This document shows, one piece after another, positions 37,487 to 51,026 of a stretch of 64,000 bases of DNA; within the stretch, counting starts at the first letter, position 1, and the number at the start of each line of letters is the position of its first letter. Below the pieces are notes generated by a model. It searched no databases, was not told the DNA's origin, and saw only the letters and a program-made list of their open reading frames with translations. The stretch comes from Azolla caroliniana (Eukaryota > Plantae > Polypodiophyta), in NCBI GenBank assembly GCA_043228905.1, contig JBHGNT010000005.1:5332001-5396000 (forward strand), in the 5' to 3' direction. The translations under genes and the position numbers were made by a program.

Positions 37487-38152
37487 GGATCCTTCTTTCT
37501 TGCAGAGGGAACAAAAATTGGTCAGAGTTTTCTCTTCCTTTGCTGGACCATTTAAGCTTCATTTTGAGCTACTCATACTCTGTTTTTCCTTTTTCTGTTT
37601 CATTTTTGCACTGATTGTTGTCTTGCCTTGTTTTGGCTCTGTTTATCACCATACCATCTCTGAGAGCTCTCCTACTCTGCATTGTTTTCTGCTTAACAAA
37701 CAAACTCATCACCAAAGCCTCTCAGTCTCTCTCAGTCTCTGTCTCTGTTTGTGTGTGTGACTCATGTATGAATTTTAATTTTCCTGTTTTATGCTTTGGA
37801 GTTAATTGCCTGTATATACCTTCATCTTCTTCTTTTTCTTTCTCCTTTCTTGCTTCTTCATCTTTTTTCTTTCTTGCAGAAGTGGCAGAGAATCCCTTCC
37901 TCTCTCTCTATCTCTCTCTCTCTCTCTCTCTCTGTATCATGTATGTATGTATGTGTTTGTAGGCAGAACTCAGAAAGAAAGAGGAGACCACTGGAAAAGA
38001 TGGATTTGATATATTAAATAAATATGTTTTTGTAAATAGTAATTAAATATTTAAATTTTGTCAGTTGGTATGTTTGAGAAATTACACAACTATTTATTGC
38101 TGATTTGTTCAAATTCTTTATATACAAAGAGAAATCAAAATAAGTTTTGTAT

Positions 38153-38700
38153 AATTGTTTCTTTTTCTTTCCCTTTCTCTTTCTCTTTCTCTTTCTCTTT
38201 CTCTTTCTCTTTCTCTTTCTCTTTCTCTTTTTCTTTTTCTTTTTCTTTTTTTTTATTTTTTTAAATTTTATTATTATTATTTTTTTATTTTATTTTATTT
38301 TATTTTATTTTAAATGTTTTTTAATGTTTTTATTTTTTTATTGTTTTTATTGTTTTTATTTTTATTTTTTTATTTTTTTATTTTTTTATTTTTTCTGTTT
38401 TATTTTTTCTTTTTCCTTTTTCTTTTTCTTTTTCGTTTTCTTTTTCGTTTTCTTTTTCTTTCTTTTTCTTTCTTTTTTTATTTTTTCTCCTTTTTCTTTT
38501 TCTTTTTCTTTTTTATTTTTTCTGTTTTATTTTTTATTTTTCCTGTTTTGTTTTCCTTTTTCGTTTTCTTTTTCTTTTTTCTCCTTTTTTTCTTTTTTTA
38601 TTTTTTATTTTTTCTGTTTTATTTTTTATTTTTCCTGTTTTGTTTTCCTTTTTCTTTTTCTTTTTTCTCCTTTTCTCCTTTTTGCTTTGTTTATTATTAT
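38153..38700 (+). repeat. About 550-bp T-rich low-complexity tract beginning with (TTTCTC)n
   Basis: Almost exclusively T/C with sparse A/G, and internally duplicated blocks such as ttttttctgttttattttttatttttcctgttttgttttcctttt. Confidence 0.9.
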
Positions 38701-41700
38701 AACCAAGCCTTCTTGCTTTGGGAAATGGGATTGAGGCACATGCAGTCTGATTGAGAAAACTAAGCATCTTCATCTTCACACACTCATATATATATATAGA
38801 TAGATAGATAAATTGATTGATAGATATATGTATTATGAAATGAATGAGTTAGCTTGATCATGAGTAATCACTTATATAGGTACTCCTCGAAAACTTTGAA
38901 ATCGCTAAGGTTTACCTCCCGATTACAGTAATTTCTGGACTTCGTCAATGCCTAGGGACTTCCTTGAGTGAGCTAGGGAATTCTTGAGCCTCCCCTCCCC
39001 TAAATTTTCTTGCCTCGGAAACAGGAATTTTTGTTTCAAGTCACGACTCACATTACTTGATTCTCTTTTCGGAACAATCTCTGCTTACGTAGGAATTACC
39101 CTTTAACTGTAAAAGGACAAAGAAAACATTTCTTGTCGGCCTCGGTTTGGAGAGAGAGCTCGAAATGCCACGTCATCAGGTTGACAACGGTAGCGTCCTC
39201 GGGATGATACTATGTGCCACAAGTGACATAGACATTGAAAAAGTTTCCGAAAAAAAGTAGGTCTCTCGATGTGATTGGCATTGACTTAATGTCTACGTTG
39301 CTTTTAAGACTTCCTTCACATGCTGAAAAGGTTCAATAGTCAACAGTCCACATAAACAAACACACTGTCTACTGTTCACTTTCAGAGCGTACCAAGTTTC
39401 CATTTCCCCCATCCTCTTAGTTTGGGTTTTGTTACCCCTTTAAACCTTTCTTCGAACCCCACATATTGGTCAAATCATATTTTAGTGCACCCCGTCGGGT
39501 AACATGTTAACAACTTGTATTACATATCACATGCTCACATGCCACCCACTTCTTCTTGACTATTGATGTAATGTGTCAACATTCAAAATAATGTTCTCGT
39601 ATGGAATCCCATGAAAAAAAATGAACAAAGTGAATGAGAATAGGTCCTCTTGGATCCATTGCACCAAGTGGCATCTTAGCCCTGATTCCCTATACCTTTT
39701 TTGTGTCCCTAATCTTGGTCATATACATGTGTAGAAATGGTGTTTTCTTCCATGGACATTTCTTGAGTCAACCTTAACTTTGTTTTTTCCACATAATTAT
39801 CATTTCCCAATGCTCAAATCATGGTTATCATCATGACCATCATTCATCGAGCAAAACGAGTTGATAGCTTATAGACTAATGAAGCAATGTCTCTTGGAAA
39901 AAGTTTAACAAGGTAAATTTAATGTGTTCTACTTGCATCCATTGTCATCATTCTATAAACTCAATTAGCAATAGGATACTCTTGTTTGCAAACAAAACAT
40001 ATGATTTAGCCTTTTAAATCCATAAGAGAAATGGGAGTAATTAGCAAGAGCGGTTTTCAATATTCATGCAATATGTAGTGTAAAGGGACAATAATCTAAG
40101 TAGTTAGGATATATAATACCATGACAAAACAATTTAGAGAGATAAGAGGCAACGGTTATGAAAAAATATTTAATTCTTGACTAAAAGCAAAAAACATTTG
40201 GCATAGAATACCCCAACATCTCATTTGCACAATTGTTACACTTTTATATCCCCAAATTAGCTCGACTCAGGGAAATGTTACCTTCGAGCAATGAGCAATT
40301 TCATGGAGTTTATTTTTGTATCTCTTGTTAATCTTACATGGTTAGAAATAAGTCATTACATACTAAACCACAATGTGGAAGGATTGCTTATATACGTCAT
40401 GATCATGGACTTTAGACACCTCTAAACAATATAGTACTTACATGTTCACAGATTTAGTTTTGATGACACCTCCTAAAATTTGAATATATAAGCATGGCAT
40501 TGTGAAAAAGCTTGTGATTCTAACTGGACAATTGTTGGTTGATGTTTAATGCAATGGGCATGACTAAAAATCTTCTTATTTTCAAATTGAGATCATGTAA
40601 TACTTGGATCCTCACAATTTAAGGGCATGAAATTTGGAAAAAATGCTTTACATAATCCATTTGCACAATCCGTGAATCTAGGGGGTTGAAAATAAACGAT
40701 TTGGCTTTACGAATTGCTTTCCACAATTGGGTTCAAAACAACACGATTCCTTAAATGCAACCAATAATAGCAGTGGGGCACGGCCCTAAAATAATGGCTT
40801 TAGAAATCACTTTCCACAATCCAAGGGTTAAAAACAATATGGGCATTCACGATAATTATAAAATGCACTAGTCACAAACTTGTCGTGGTCATAGAAAAGT
40901 TTCTTTACGAATCACTTTCGTGTGATAACGATACTAATGCCTTGAGCCGAATCAATAAATTTTCTGTTATAATATTGAATTGCGCATACCATAGAAAATT
41001 TCCCATATCTCTTGGATTTGTCCTAGTAACATCAAAATAAGAGTCAAGATGGATGGGTAGACCTTTGTGTGTTTCATACACATGGCATATGCATACATGC
41101 GAGAATTAGGGAAGGCAACAATCAAGTTATATCAAATGACACTGACTTCTGTAATACAATTTCATATTTACTCTTAATACAAGAGTACAATTCATCATGC
41201 ATTACTTATTAGGCCAATCAAATAGCTTATATTACTAAACTTCCATGTTTGAACTTAATTATATTGTGCTTGACCTCAGAGAACATAACGAGTTTCGAGG
41301 GGGGGACAACGTACATTGCTTGTAATTATAAATATGACTCTAACTTCATAGCATTGAGAAAAATAACCAATGTCGAGTGGGGATAGTACATTGCTTGTAA
41401 TCATGAGATTGACTGTTTGAAGAAGCACTAAAGTGTTTGTAAAAGAGAGAAAATGTTGTGTTCTAGAAATAAACATGCATATACATAAAACGAACAATAC
41501 CCAATCAAAGTGAAAGAGGGATTATCTAAAGACATTAGTTGGGCACACTTAGAAGACTTGAACATGGTGTGAAAGGATCATGGTGCATGTAATAAAGTTG
41601 TCATTGGCAAGAGACGTCATTAAACTAAAGGTAGTACAAGACATGGGAAATGGAGCACAAGGTTTCAACAAAATAGTCTCTTTCATTATCGCCAAAGTTC

Positions 41701-44700
41701 AACGAAACATCATAAAGTCAATAAGGAACAAAAATATATTCTTGTTCTATCATAAAGATCCCATGGTAATGGTATGCTTTTCTACTTTACTGAATAATCA
41801 AGAAACTTTTGGTTACATATATGATAGTTTAAAATGATATTTTTGAGATGAGAAACCACGGTTTTATTGATCAAACAAAAGGGTTGATAGGAACTAGTGA
41901 CTTGAAATTCTTACTATCAACATAGTTAGGATTGATTTACTCATACCTACTGTAGTTGCTACTTTCTATCTCATCGATCCACAACTAACTCGACTAATAT
42001 TTTGTGATTTCGAATTAAGGTGCATCTTGTATTAATGGTACATAGTACATACATGGGGATCAATTTTACACACTTCAAAATTTGTACATATACACGAATT
42101 CCATCTCAATTTCTCCCTTTCCATATTGCATAGAATAAAAACCAGTGTTAATTTTGAAATTTTTCGTGTGTTTTGTAGGTAACAAAAATGTTGTAAATCT
42201 GCATTTTTCAACTTATCTAAGATATAGTAAATCGGTGCACACATAGTTGACTCATGAAATATTATGGGCATTAAATTGTCTAATGAGTTTATGTAGATGA
42301 TTTAAAAATCATGAATAAAGAAGCAAAGCTTAGAGGAGACACAATTGCAATAGCCTTAAAACATCATCAAATGAATTTTTTTGCTTAAGTTTCATCATGA
42401 CCATTTTCCCAACACTTATGGGTCCAACTAGTTACCACAATCATAACCGTGTCCCAAACATTCTGAACTTTATGTCGTGATAATCAATCGATATTACAGT
42501 TTGGTGGTACTCAATGCACATATAACATGTTTTCCAGTTTGGTAGAACCTTGGTCGTGCTTGTTTGTTAATCACCACTTCAGGTGTAAATTGTAATAATA
42601 CTTTTTTTATTGCTCCTAACATAATCGGTACTTTTTCTCATCAATCTCTTCTCGGAGTTTTTACTTAACGTTATCACTATCTTTTTTTATGAAAGCTCCA
42701 GCCTCCCACCATGAACTCTATAGGACAACCCCCTTAGAATTTCCAGCACATGATATATACATTGTAACTTGGTGTTGCGTCTTCCAAAGAAAACTATGTT
42801 CTTGAATGTCTCGTGATCATGTATTGACCTTTAAGACCATGTTATTGATTAAAAAACATTTAACCTTTTGGAACCCCTTCACATTTCACAATTTGATACC
42901 TATATGAGAATTATATATGACTTTTGGTCATGGTTCGGCATTCCAATGTACACTTAAACCACCTAAATTTGTTACAATTATGCTAGGTTAACATTCTGAG
43001 CTAATCTTGCCACAATTATATTTGAAATATTTTTGTGACTATTGTGTATGGTAGCAAAATAGAGTTAGGAGAAGCATCATTCTAGCTATTTGTCAAGGCT
43101 GATTTGGATTATTATTCAAAGATCATATTCTGACCTTTGGCAAACACATAAGCAACTAAATGTTATATAGAACACAATGGGAATTTTAAGGAGTGATTGA
43201 CCAAGCACATTACCTCATTTTAAACACGACTATACTTGAAGAAATATACAATAGTATGTTCAATGAAAAGTTAGAAATGTAGACCATATTTGTATTGTGA
43301 AATATAACCATGGCATCTCAAAGTGTTGTAGTGGCTCACACAAAATCAACCTTGACATTTTTCCTATATAGAAATATGCTATTTATAAACTTATCTTCCA
43401 ATCCATTAATGGAGGTGACATGGAGTGATGGCCTTTTAGATTTCGGAACCAAAATAATGATGGTCAAAGTTGGATTCTCAACCAATATATGAAGGGAAAT
43501 GGATGTTCATTAATAATGCAAGGTGTTTACGGTTATTCATTTATAAAGCATTCTCTAGGCACCTACGAGTGCCATAGGTTTAGTGTTAGGTTGTGGACAT
43601 AATTAAAAGTGATGCTATATGGTATCCATTGAGTCTTCACAAATCACTAGGGTTCCTATAATTGTATTTTTTTTTAGTAGAAATTTGTGGTGATAGAGAA
43701 CAAGGTAAAAGACAATTGTAGCTAGAAGTGAAGCTTGCCGATATTAGATTGAACCGAGAAATGGACTTCATCGACCGTGAACCTTTTGGCCAAGGGAGAC
43801 ATCTTATTGTTTCAAAATTACACCACTTTCAATTTCAATTTTTGAGAAATATCTAGGATTCTAAAGGATGTAGTGTTGATAATCTTGGATCCCACATATG
43901 TTTGATTGAGGATATGATCAAAATTAATTGCAGAATTCTAATATTATGGATGAGATTTGTACAATCTAAAAGGATTAGTTCGGCATTTAATATTCTGATC
44001 TCAAAATTCAGCACCTTATTTGCTAGCATTTGTTGCTATTTCCTGTTTTTGTACTACTTTGGAGAATGTGATTGTGAAGTCATTTTGTGGAGCAAAATGT
44101 TAGTTGTGTGTGATCACAAACTAAAAGCACGAATAAATTTAAGAATGAACACAATCAAATACATCACACTAAGAAAGTATTCATCACATGATCTTTATTT
44201 CAAACCCATGTCTTACCACTATATCATTACATTAACGTATTTAAAAAACTTTACCCATAATTTTCAATGAGATCTAAAGTCTCGGATATGGTGTATTTAT
44301 GTAGTACTTTCACATTATCCTTTAGCTTGACAAACTTTTAAGTCTCTAGTATAACATGCTTACACAATGCTTTCACATTATTCTTTAGCTTGGTGAGCAT
44401 AGTTCTTTGGTCTAATGTATTATGAAATGGTTTTAGATTTTGCTTTTGCTCATTTCACATGGATTTGTAGAGAGATATAACTTATCCAGTCTTAACTTGG
44501 AGAGGCATCACATGCCTTCAATATGTGTGTGTGCAATCGCATGCAAAGTGCAAGATTTTATGAGTAGGTTACAAAGAAAGTGGCGTCAAATGGAAATTTA
44601 CAGAAAATGTTATCCATGGAAGATTTAAATGAAAGGTGATCTATTACATATTAAAAAGCCTCACACTTACATGACATAAATATCAACATCAACTCTACGT

Positions 44701-45869
44701 TTTTTTATTATATTAGATTTTCAGATATGTAATGAGAACAATAGATTATAGAAGCATTGGTTCAAATAACAAATGCAATAAATCGAGATTCAATAGATTA
44801 TGAATAATGAATGCCTATAATTAATATATTTATTAGCTCTAGTATCCATATGAGGTTCCACCAAATGCATACATACATGCATGTTTGTCAAGTACTTAAT
44901 GCATATTTGTAAACTATTTTTTCTCCACAAGATTATGATAAAGAAAGTCAATAAAATTCACAAGTGGATATCATTAAAGGCAGAATCAACCTTTATCTAT
45001 TCATATAATGCACTCTACCACCTTGTCATCTCATACTTACTAAGATACCCTCATGATCCATGTACAAAAGATTAGTCATAATGAGTGAAGGCACAATGCA
45101 CCAACACACATTAACAATATGTGCACCAAAGGACATATAAAGTATTACCTTGTCGCCAAAGCCTAAAGGTTAGGCCACCCTTTTCATTCTATGAAGCCGT
45201 AGTAAAAGCAACAAAAACCGAAGCTAGGTGGTGATTATGTCTTTGGAATATGGTATTAATGCTACACAAAAAAGTCTACCGCAAGCGACAACTAATTAGT
45301 AGTTCTCAAAAAATTTCAAAGAAAGTCATCAATTTATCTATTCACAAGAGATATCCTTTTTTCCTACTTGAATTCTTTACCAAAATTACCGCATGTATGT
45401 ACAAACTCTTCCTACATCCATAACACTATTTCCAAGCTTGATGAAAAAGGTACATAAGATAGGGATCCAATCCAAGCAAGCATCCTTATATGATATTTTA
45501 CTATTCCATTGACATTATATACATTGATTTCTATTTTTAAAGGGGTCATGTCCCTTTTATGTTTTCCAATTATGAGAAAATCAGTCACCTTTTTTACCTT
45601 GGAAATTGACATGGTTCCCTCATCATTTTATTGTGGATCAATTGATGGTGTTGAAATTTGTCTATCTTTGGTGCAACAGGTTTTGGCCATCAACTACATC
45701 AACAAGGACCTCACATGTATAATGTTGAAAGATTGACTAATTAGAAAAGTGACATTATGATGCATTTTCGTGGAGTGCATTTAACCACGCAAATGCATAT
45801 AATAAGTGTGCCAAGCAATATCCCAAAAGGTGGTATCAAGGAAATAAATTCCCACACAATGCATACATT

Positions 45870-46426
45870 TAGCAATGGGCACGGTTCAGTTCAGTTTCAA
45901 GGCAAAGAAACCGAACCGTTTATATTTAAAAAAAACCAAATCAAACCGTTTAGGGAAAAGTTGAAACCAAACCGAACCATTTAATAAATTTTTTTAACCA
46001 AATCGAACCATTTAATAAAAAATTTAAACCTAACCATTTAAATCAAACTAATTAAACATCTAAATAAACAAAAATACATTTAAATAAGCATTTAAGTTAA
46101 ATTTATTAAATCAATAAAATAAACTTTAATTGAACCATTAAATTAAATAAATATTTAAGTTAAATTAATTAAATCAATAAAAAACTATGAATTAAACCAT
46201 TAAATTAATAAACTATTAAGAAAAAAAAAGTAAACCAAAAACCTATAAACCTTTAAACCAAACCTATAAACCCGAGTTTTAGAACTGAACCAAACCGAAA
46301 CCAAACTGTTTATTGAAAATCCAAACCAAACCAAACCATTAATTTTTTTGGGAACCTATAAACCGTCAAACCATGGCTTAACGGTTTGGTTTGGTTCGAG
46401 CCGAAACCATGCCATGCCCATTGCTA
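45870..46426. mobile_element. Non-autonomous hAT-superfamily DNA transposon (MITE), 557 bp
   Basis: TIR tagcaatgggca (45870) / tgcccattgcta (ending 46426). Identical 8-bp TSD catacatt at 45862-45869 and 46427-46434. Subterminal AAACCG/AAACCA arrays and AT-rich core. Confidence 0.92.
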
Positions 46427-48584
46427 CATACATTTTACAAGATTGTAGGTTTTACTACATGTTTTATGTTCTTTAACCCATTATATACTAATTTATGAGC
46501 CACCTATATATATTGTGGAAGGTATTTGCAAAGATCTCAAAAGACTTCCCATCTCCATGTCTTTCAAGCGTAATTAAATTCTTATTGAATTGCCATGCAT
46601 CAAGGCTACTAATTGAGAAATGTGCTCAATGTGTACCCAATCCTATAACACAATAAATACTCTACTAAATTTATATGATCTAAATTGATATTCCTTCATC
46701 ACATATTTTGATGGTAACCAATGATTTTTTTTACTACACCATAGTTTCCATTACCAATCCAATAAGCGTATACAAAGCATATAATGATACAATCTGGTGG
46801 AGGGAAAGATAAGAGAGAAAAGGTATACCCCCCACTATGTCATAATTGAAACCAAACTCCACCTATGGAGGAAACAACCATGGGGGGGAGGGGGTACATA
46901 TTGTCAAACCAATGTTATCATTAGTACTAAATGATAAACATTAGGTTCTAATGGTTTGACTATAACCTAAGATACTAAGATTAAGCATTGAGTGTATAAT
47001 ATTATGTTTTCCAATGTAGATGTGTATATTGTCCTTGTGAACCTAATGTTTAGAAGGTATTGAATGAGACCTCTTTGCTTTCATAAACATTGTGTTGTCA
47101 AATAATCAATATTCCTTAAGAGGATAGATGTGTCGACTGTTTATTCACTTTGATTGATATCTAAAAACAACAATATATGTATCATGTAACAAATTCAGAG
47201 TAAGTTCGACAATAGATTGTAATTCATTATTGACACTATATTGAAAAGAACTCATTAGTTACATTTTGTAAGAATGTTTATAAAAAACGATGGGGTTGAT
47301 GTAAACCATACATTGCATCCAATTCAAAAACTTTGCACATATAGAATGTACTATCTGAGGGCTCCTCCTTCATATATGGGATGTTAAAAGATCACATTAC
47401 ATAAACAAGTATTTCAATAATCTCGTAGCTCTACCCTCCCCCCCCCACACTCAATATAATATACATAGTCCTTGAAGAGAACATTAAAACAATGTCTACA
47501 TGACAAGGATTCTTATTATTTTACATCTTGCTTAGTTCCATTTGAGTCATAGAATACAATTCTATTTTTGGTCATGAATAACAAGTTTATATTATAAAAT
47601 TGAATTATGCATATTGTTAGGACTGGAAAGCACCATACTTTTAGTGGACCAAGTCATTAATGGCTAGGGAATATCACTTGCATTTGCATCTTTACACTTG
47701 CAAATATCACTAACTATGTCTCCTTAGACCTTTTGGTTTCTTTCCATAATTTAAACTAGGGATTCTTGATATCAAGACAATATTCTCTTCAATTATTTTA
47801 CAAATTGAGGCCAAGCAAAAACAAATTAGTGTTTTTATTAGCGCACCATAGCATATTGATGCAATAGATAAATAAGTCACAAGGGGTTTCTGATCATGAT
47901 TGAAATGTTTGGGTATATAAGGGATTGACCTAGATTTCTCGTCCTTTATTTACCAATTGTTTTCACATATTGATTTATTTTGAGTAAGACCCATCCTTGT
48001 GAGTACCTTGCTTGTAGCAAAGGGTTCACGGATTGTGTACATTTCTCAACCTTGACACCTTACTACATACATTGATTGGGCTCTGTTTGCATTAGCCTCC
48101 AATAGGTGAATGCGAAAACCATATGTTATTATGCTTCCTTCATTCCATCCACATTATATTTCATATATCAACAATTCAATCGGTAACTTTTTTGTGTCAT
48201 GGTTCACCACCTCTGGATGATTGAGGAGAATTGGGTTAGTTGAGGTACAGATACTCTTACATTATGGAAACAAGGTTGCCTACTGCACATATAGTAGGCA
48301 GGATAACTGTGTGTTAAAGATTTTTAACCTCTTCATGAAATAGAATATTCTTGTAATCACAACGATTCATCTGATAAAACTCTGGCAATGCTCACATTGG
48401 TTCTCTAAGTTTTGCTAATCGATGACTTCCTGAGTTTAGTTTCTCTAGTGTTGTTTTACATCGTTAATGCTAATTTAGTGTCTAATGACTGTACTGTACA
48501 AGAAGACAGTTGAAGACTCATTCAACTATACAAATACGTCGTTGAAGAGTCATTAAAATTTACAATCACATCGTCGGAGAGTCA

Positions 48585-50699
48585 TTACTGTACAAATCCT
48601 GGAGTTTGGAACTGGTCACAATCAAATTCAAATATATCATGATCATGATAGTCTTTATGTGTAGCATAGATATTTGATAAGAGAATATATGATTCGCTAT
48701 TTGGAGTATCCATGCTGAAAACAAGTTTCGCAATACGCTCACCTCGTACCACATCATCATGCATCTTACAAGCATTAAGCAAGGTTGTATAAATAACATA
48801 GTCAGGTTCAAATGGCATCTCATCTATCATGCTCTCCGCATCGTCGAGGTACCCCACTCTTCCGAGCATATCAACCATACAACAATAGTGACCTAAATGA
48901 GGCAGGATGTTATAGTTCTTTGACATCAACATGTAGAGATAGTAACCTTCTTGTGGTCGGCCAGCATGGCTACATGCTGAGAGCAAGCAAAGAAACGTAA
49001 CATCATCCGGTTTCACACCATCCTCTTCCATTTTCTTCAACACTTGAAGAACTAGATCACCATAGCCATGCCGGCAATGTGAAGCTACAAAGGCATTCCA
49101 AGAGATAACGTCGCGGTTCAATACACGTTCAAAAGCAATACAAGTGTCTTGCATAGACCCACATTTGCTGTACATATTCACAAGGGCATTGCATACAACT
49201 GTATTGGACGCAAATATAGTTTCCAAAACCACGGTATGGATAGCCTTACCTTCAGTAAGATCACTACAAGCTCCAAGCAATCCACTAAATGTAATTTGAT
49301 CAGGTTCCATGCCTTGACATTTGAGGCAATTGAAGAGCTCGAGTGCCCTAGTACCCTCCCCTTGATGTGTATATGTTGTGATCATAGCATTCCAGAGGAC
49401 TAAATCATCTTCCTCTTCTTTCTTATCGAAAACTCGCCGGGCAAGCTCACATGCCCCACATTTTCCATACATATTGATAAGCGCCGTTTTCACCATTACA
49501 TTCGGCCTGAATAATCCTGAATCTATGGCCATGATGTGTATTATTTTGACAATGGACAAACTGTCCAGACAATCACACAAACCAGATAAAGCAATAACCG
49601 TGACCTCATTAGGGAAAATCCCTTGATATTGCATTGTATTATATAGGTATAGAACTTCCTCTTTGTAATTACAGTCTACAAAAGCCATCATCATGGTTGT
49701 CCAACAGACAACATCCTTATGATCCATTCCATAGAAAACTGAGAGACCATCATTTAAATTGCCACACTTCCTATACATATCGATGAGAGCCGTGCCTAAT
49801 ATGTCATCAAGTTTACATCCATTCTCTATAATGGTTGCATGGATAACCCTACCTTCTTGTAGATATAGAGGAGATTCACATGCCCCTAAGACGGTACTAA
49901 ATGAGATTTCATCCGGTTTCACATCTCGGGTCAGCATTTCCCAAAACAGCTTGCATGCCTCATGGATATTGCCATGTTGGATATATGATAGCATCATGGA
50001 TGTCCATGAGATCACATCACATACATGCATTCTATTGAACACATCCCTGGCATTCTCAACATCCCCACACTTCACATACATTTTATGCAAAGCACTACAA
50101 ATCAAGGATTCTGATTCGAAACCAAGTTCAACAACATGGGAATGAATTGTTTCTCCTTCAGTAAGGGCCATCATAAGCGAACATGATGTGATAGAACTAA
50201 GAAAAGTGGATCGATTTGGTGATATACCTACACATTTCATGTTGTAAAAGATGTGAAGTGCTTCTTCACCAAAGCCGTGGTGGATGTAAGAAGACATAAT
50301 AGAGTTCCAAGATACCAAATTTCGAATGGGGCCCATGGATTCGAACACCGAGCGTGCATCTTTGAGACACCCACACCTTCTATAGGATCCAATGAGAAGA
50401 TTCCAGATGTATGGATCCCCATGAAGGAATTCCCGAAGGTGTGGATCTCTCCGACGAAGATTCGGGTTGTCTTCATGAAGATTCTGCTTCCTGATAAGAA
50501 GATCGTGGATTCTGTTGGTCTCTGAGAGAGTGTTAGTGGGTCTCTGTAGCAGGGACGCAATGGTCTGCTCGTCGAGATCTTCATGGAAATGAAGTGGGTC
50601 TTTTGGGAGCTTTAATGGAGAGCTCGAGGAGCTTCTGGAAAGGATTAGGTGGTTGAAGAAGAAGGAGCGTTCCCTGCTGCAGAGGAGGAGGTGCGACAT
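48585..50699 (-). CDS. PLS-class PPR protein ending in an E domain (organellar RNA-editing factor type), about 704 aa
   Basis: ATG at 50699 (MSHLLLCSRERSFFFNHLILSRSSSSS, transit-peptide-like). P-L-S arrays, TFLCLLSACSHAG, HYCCMVDMLGRVG, E motif LLNACKMH...SYILLSNIYA; intronless. Confidence 0.93.
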   Translation of the reverse strand: MSHLLLCSRERSFFFNHLILSRSSSSSPLKLPKDPLHFHEDLDEQTIASLLQRPTNTLSETNRIHDLLIRKQNLHEDNPNLRRRDPHLREFLHGDPYIWNLLIGSYRRCGCLKDARSVFESMGPIRNLVSWNSIMSSYIHHGFGEEALHIFYNMKCVGISPNRSTFLSSITSCSLMMALTEGETIHSHVVELGFESESLICSALHKMYVKCGDVENARDVFNRMHVCDVISWTSMMLSYIQHGNIHEACKLFWEMLTRDVKPDEISFSTVLGACESPLYLQEGRVIHATIIENGCKLDDILGTALIDMYRKCGNLNDGLSVFYGMDHKDVVCWTTMMMAFVDCNYKEEVLYLYNTMQYQGIFPNEVTVIALSGLCDCLDSLSIVKIIHIMAIDSGLFRPNVMVKTALINMYGKCGACELARRVFDKKEEEDDLVLWNAMITTYTHQGEGTRALELFNCLKCQGMEPDQITFSGLLGACSDLTEGKAIHTVVLETIFASNTVVCNALVNMYSKCGSMQDTCIAFERVLNRDVISWNAFVASHCRHGYGDLVLQVLKKMEEDGVKPDDVTFLCLLSACSHAGRPQEGYYLYMLMSKNYNILPHLGHYCCMVDMLGRVGYLDDAESMIDEMPFEPDYVIYTTLLNACKMHDDVVRGERIAKLVFSMDTPNSESYILLSNIYATHKDYHDHDIFEFDCDQFQTPGFVQ

Positions 50700-50719
50700 A
50701 CTACACGCAGGAGGTGAGT

Positions 50720-51026
50720 GCACGTGTGAAAATAGCTCCTCCCCCCACAGGGCCCAATTTTTCTTTATTTCCCGAAATGCCCTTCGGCTTTAGGTATTTC
50801 CCAAAATGCCCTCCCTTAACCAAGCATATACCCTCTAGGGCAAGTCTCATGATGTGTTATTTTGGCCACTTCATGCACATGTGAAATAGCTGCCCCCACA
50901 TGGCCCAAATTTTCTTTATTTCCCAAAATGCCCTTCGGCTTTAGGTATTTCCCCAAAATGCCCTCCCTTAGCCAAGCATATACCCTCTAGAGCAAGTCTC
51001 ATGATGTGTTATTTTGGCCACTTCAT
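50720..51026. repeat. Near-identical tandem duplication of about 153 bp in the promoter of the third PPR gene
   Basis: Copies 50720-50874 and 50875-51026, both gcac(g/a)tgtgaaa...aaatgcccttcggctttaggtatttccc...gatgtgttattttggccacttcat. Confidence 0.95.

Noticed and set aside
38147-38779. Phe-rich and Lys-rich ORFs
   Set aside because: Artefacts of the T-rich low-complexity tract
42300-43900. Degraded transposase
   Set aside because: Looks like decayed coding sequence, but no motif could be identified with confidence
48000-48584. DYW fossil after the third PPR
   Set aside because: I found no DYW-like peptide fragments in the downstream minus-strand translation I examined
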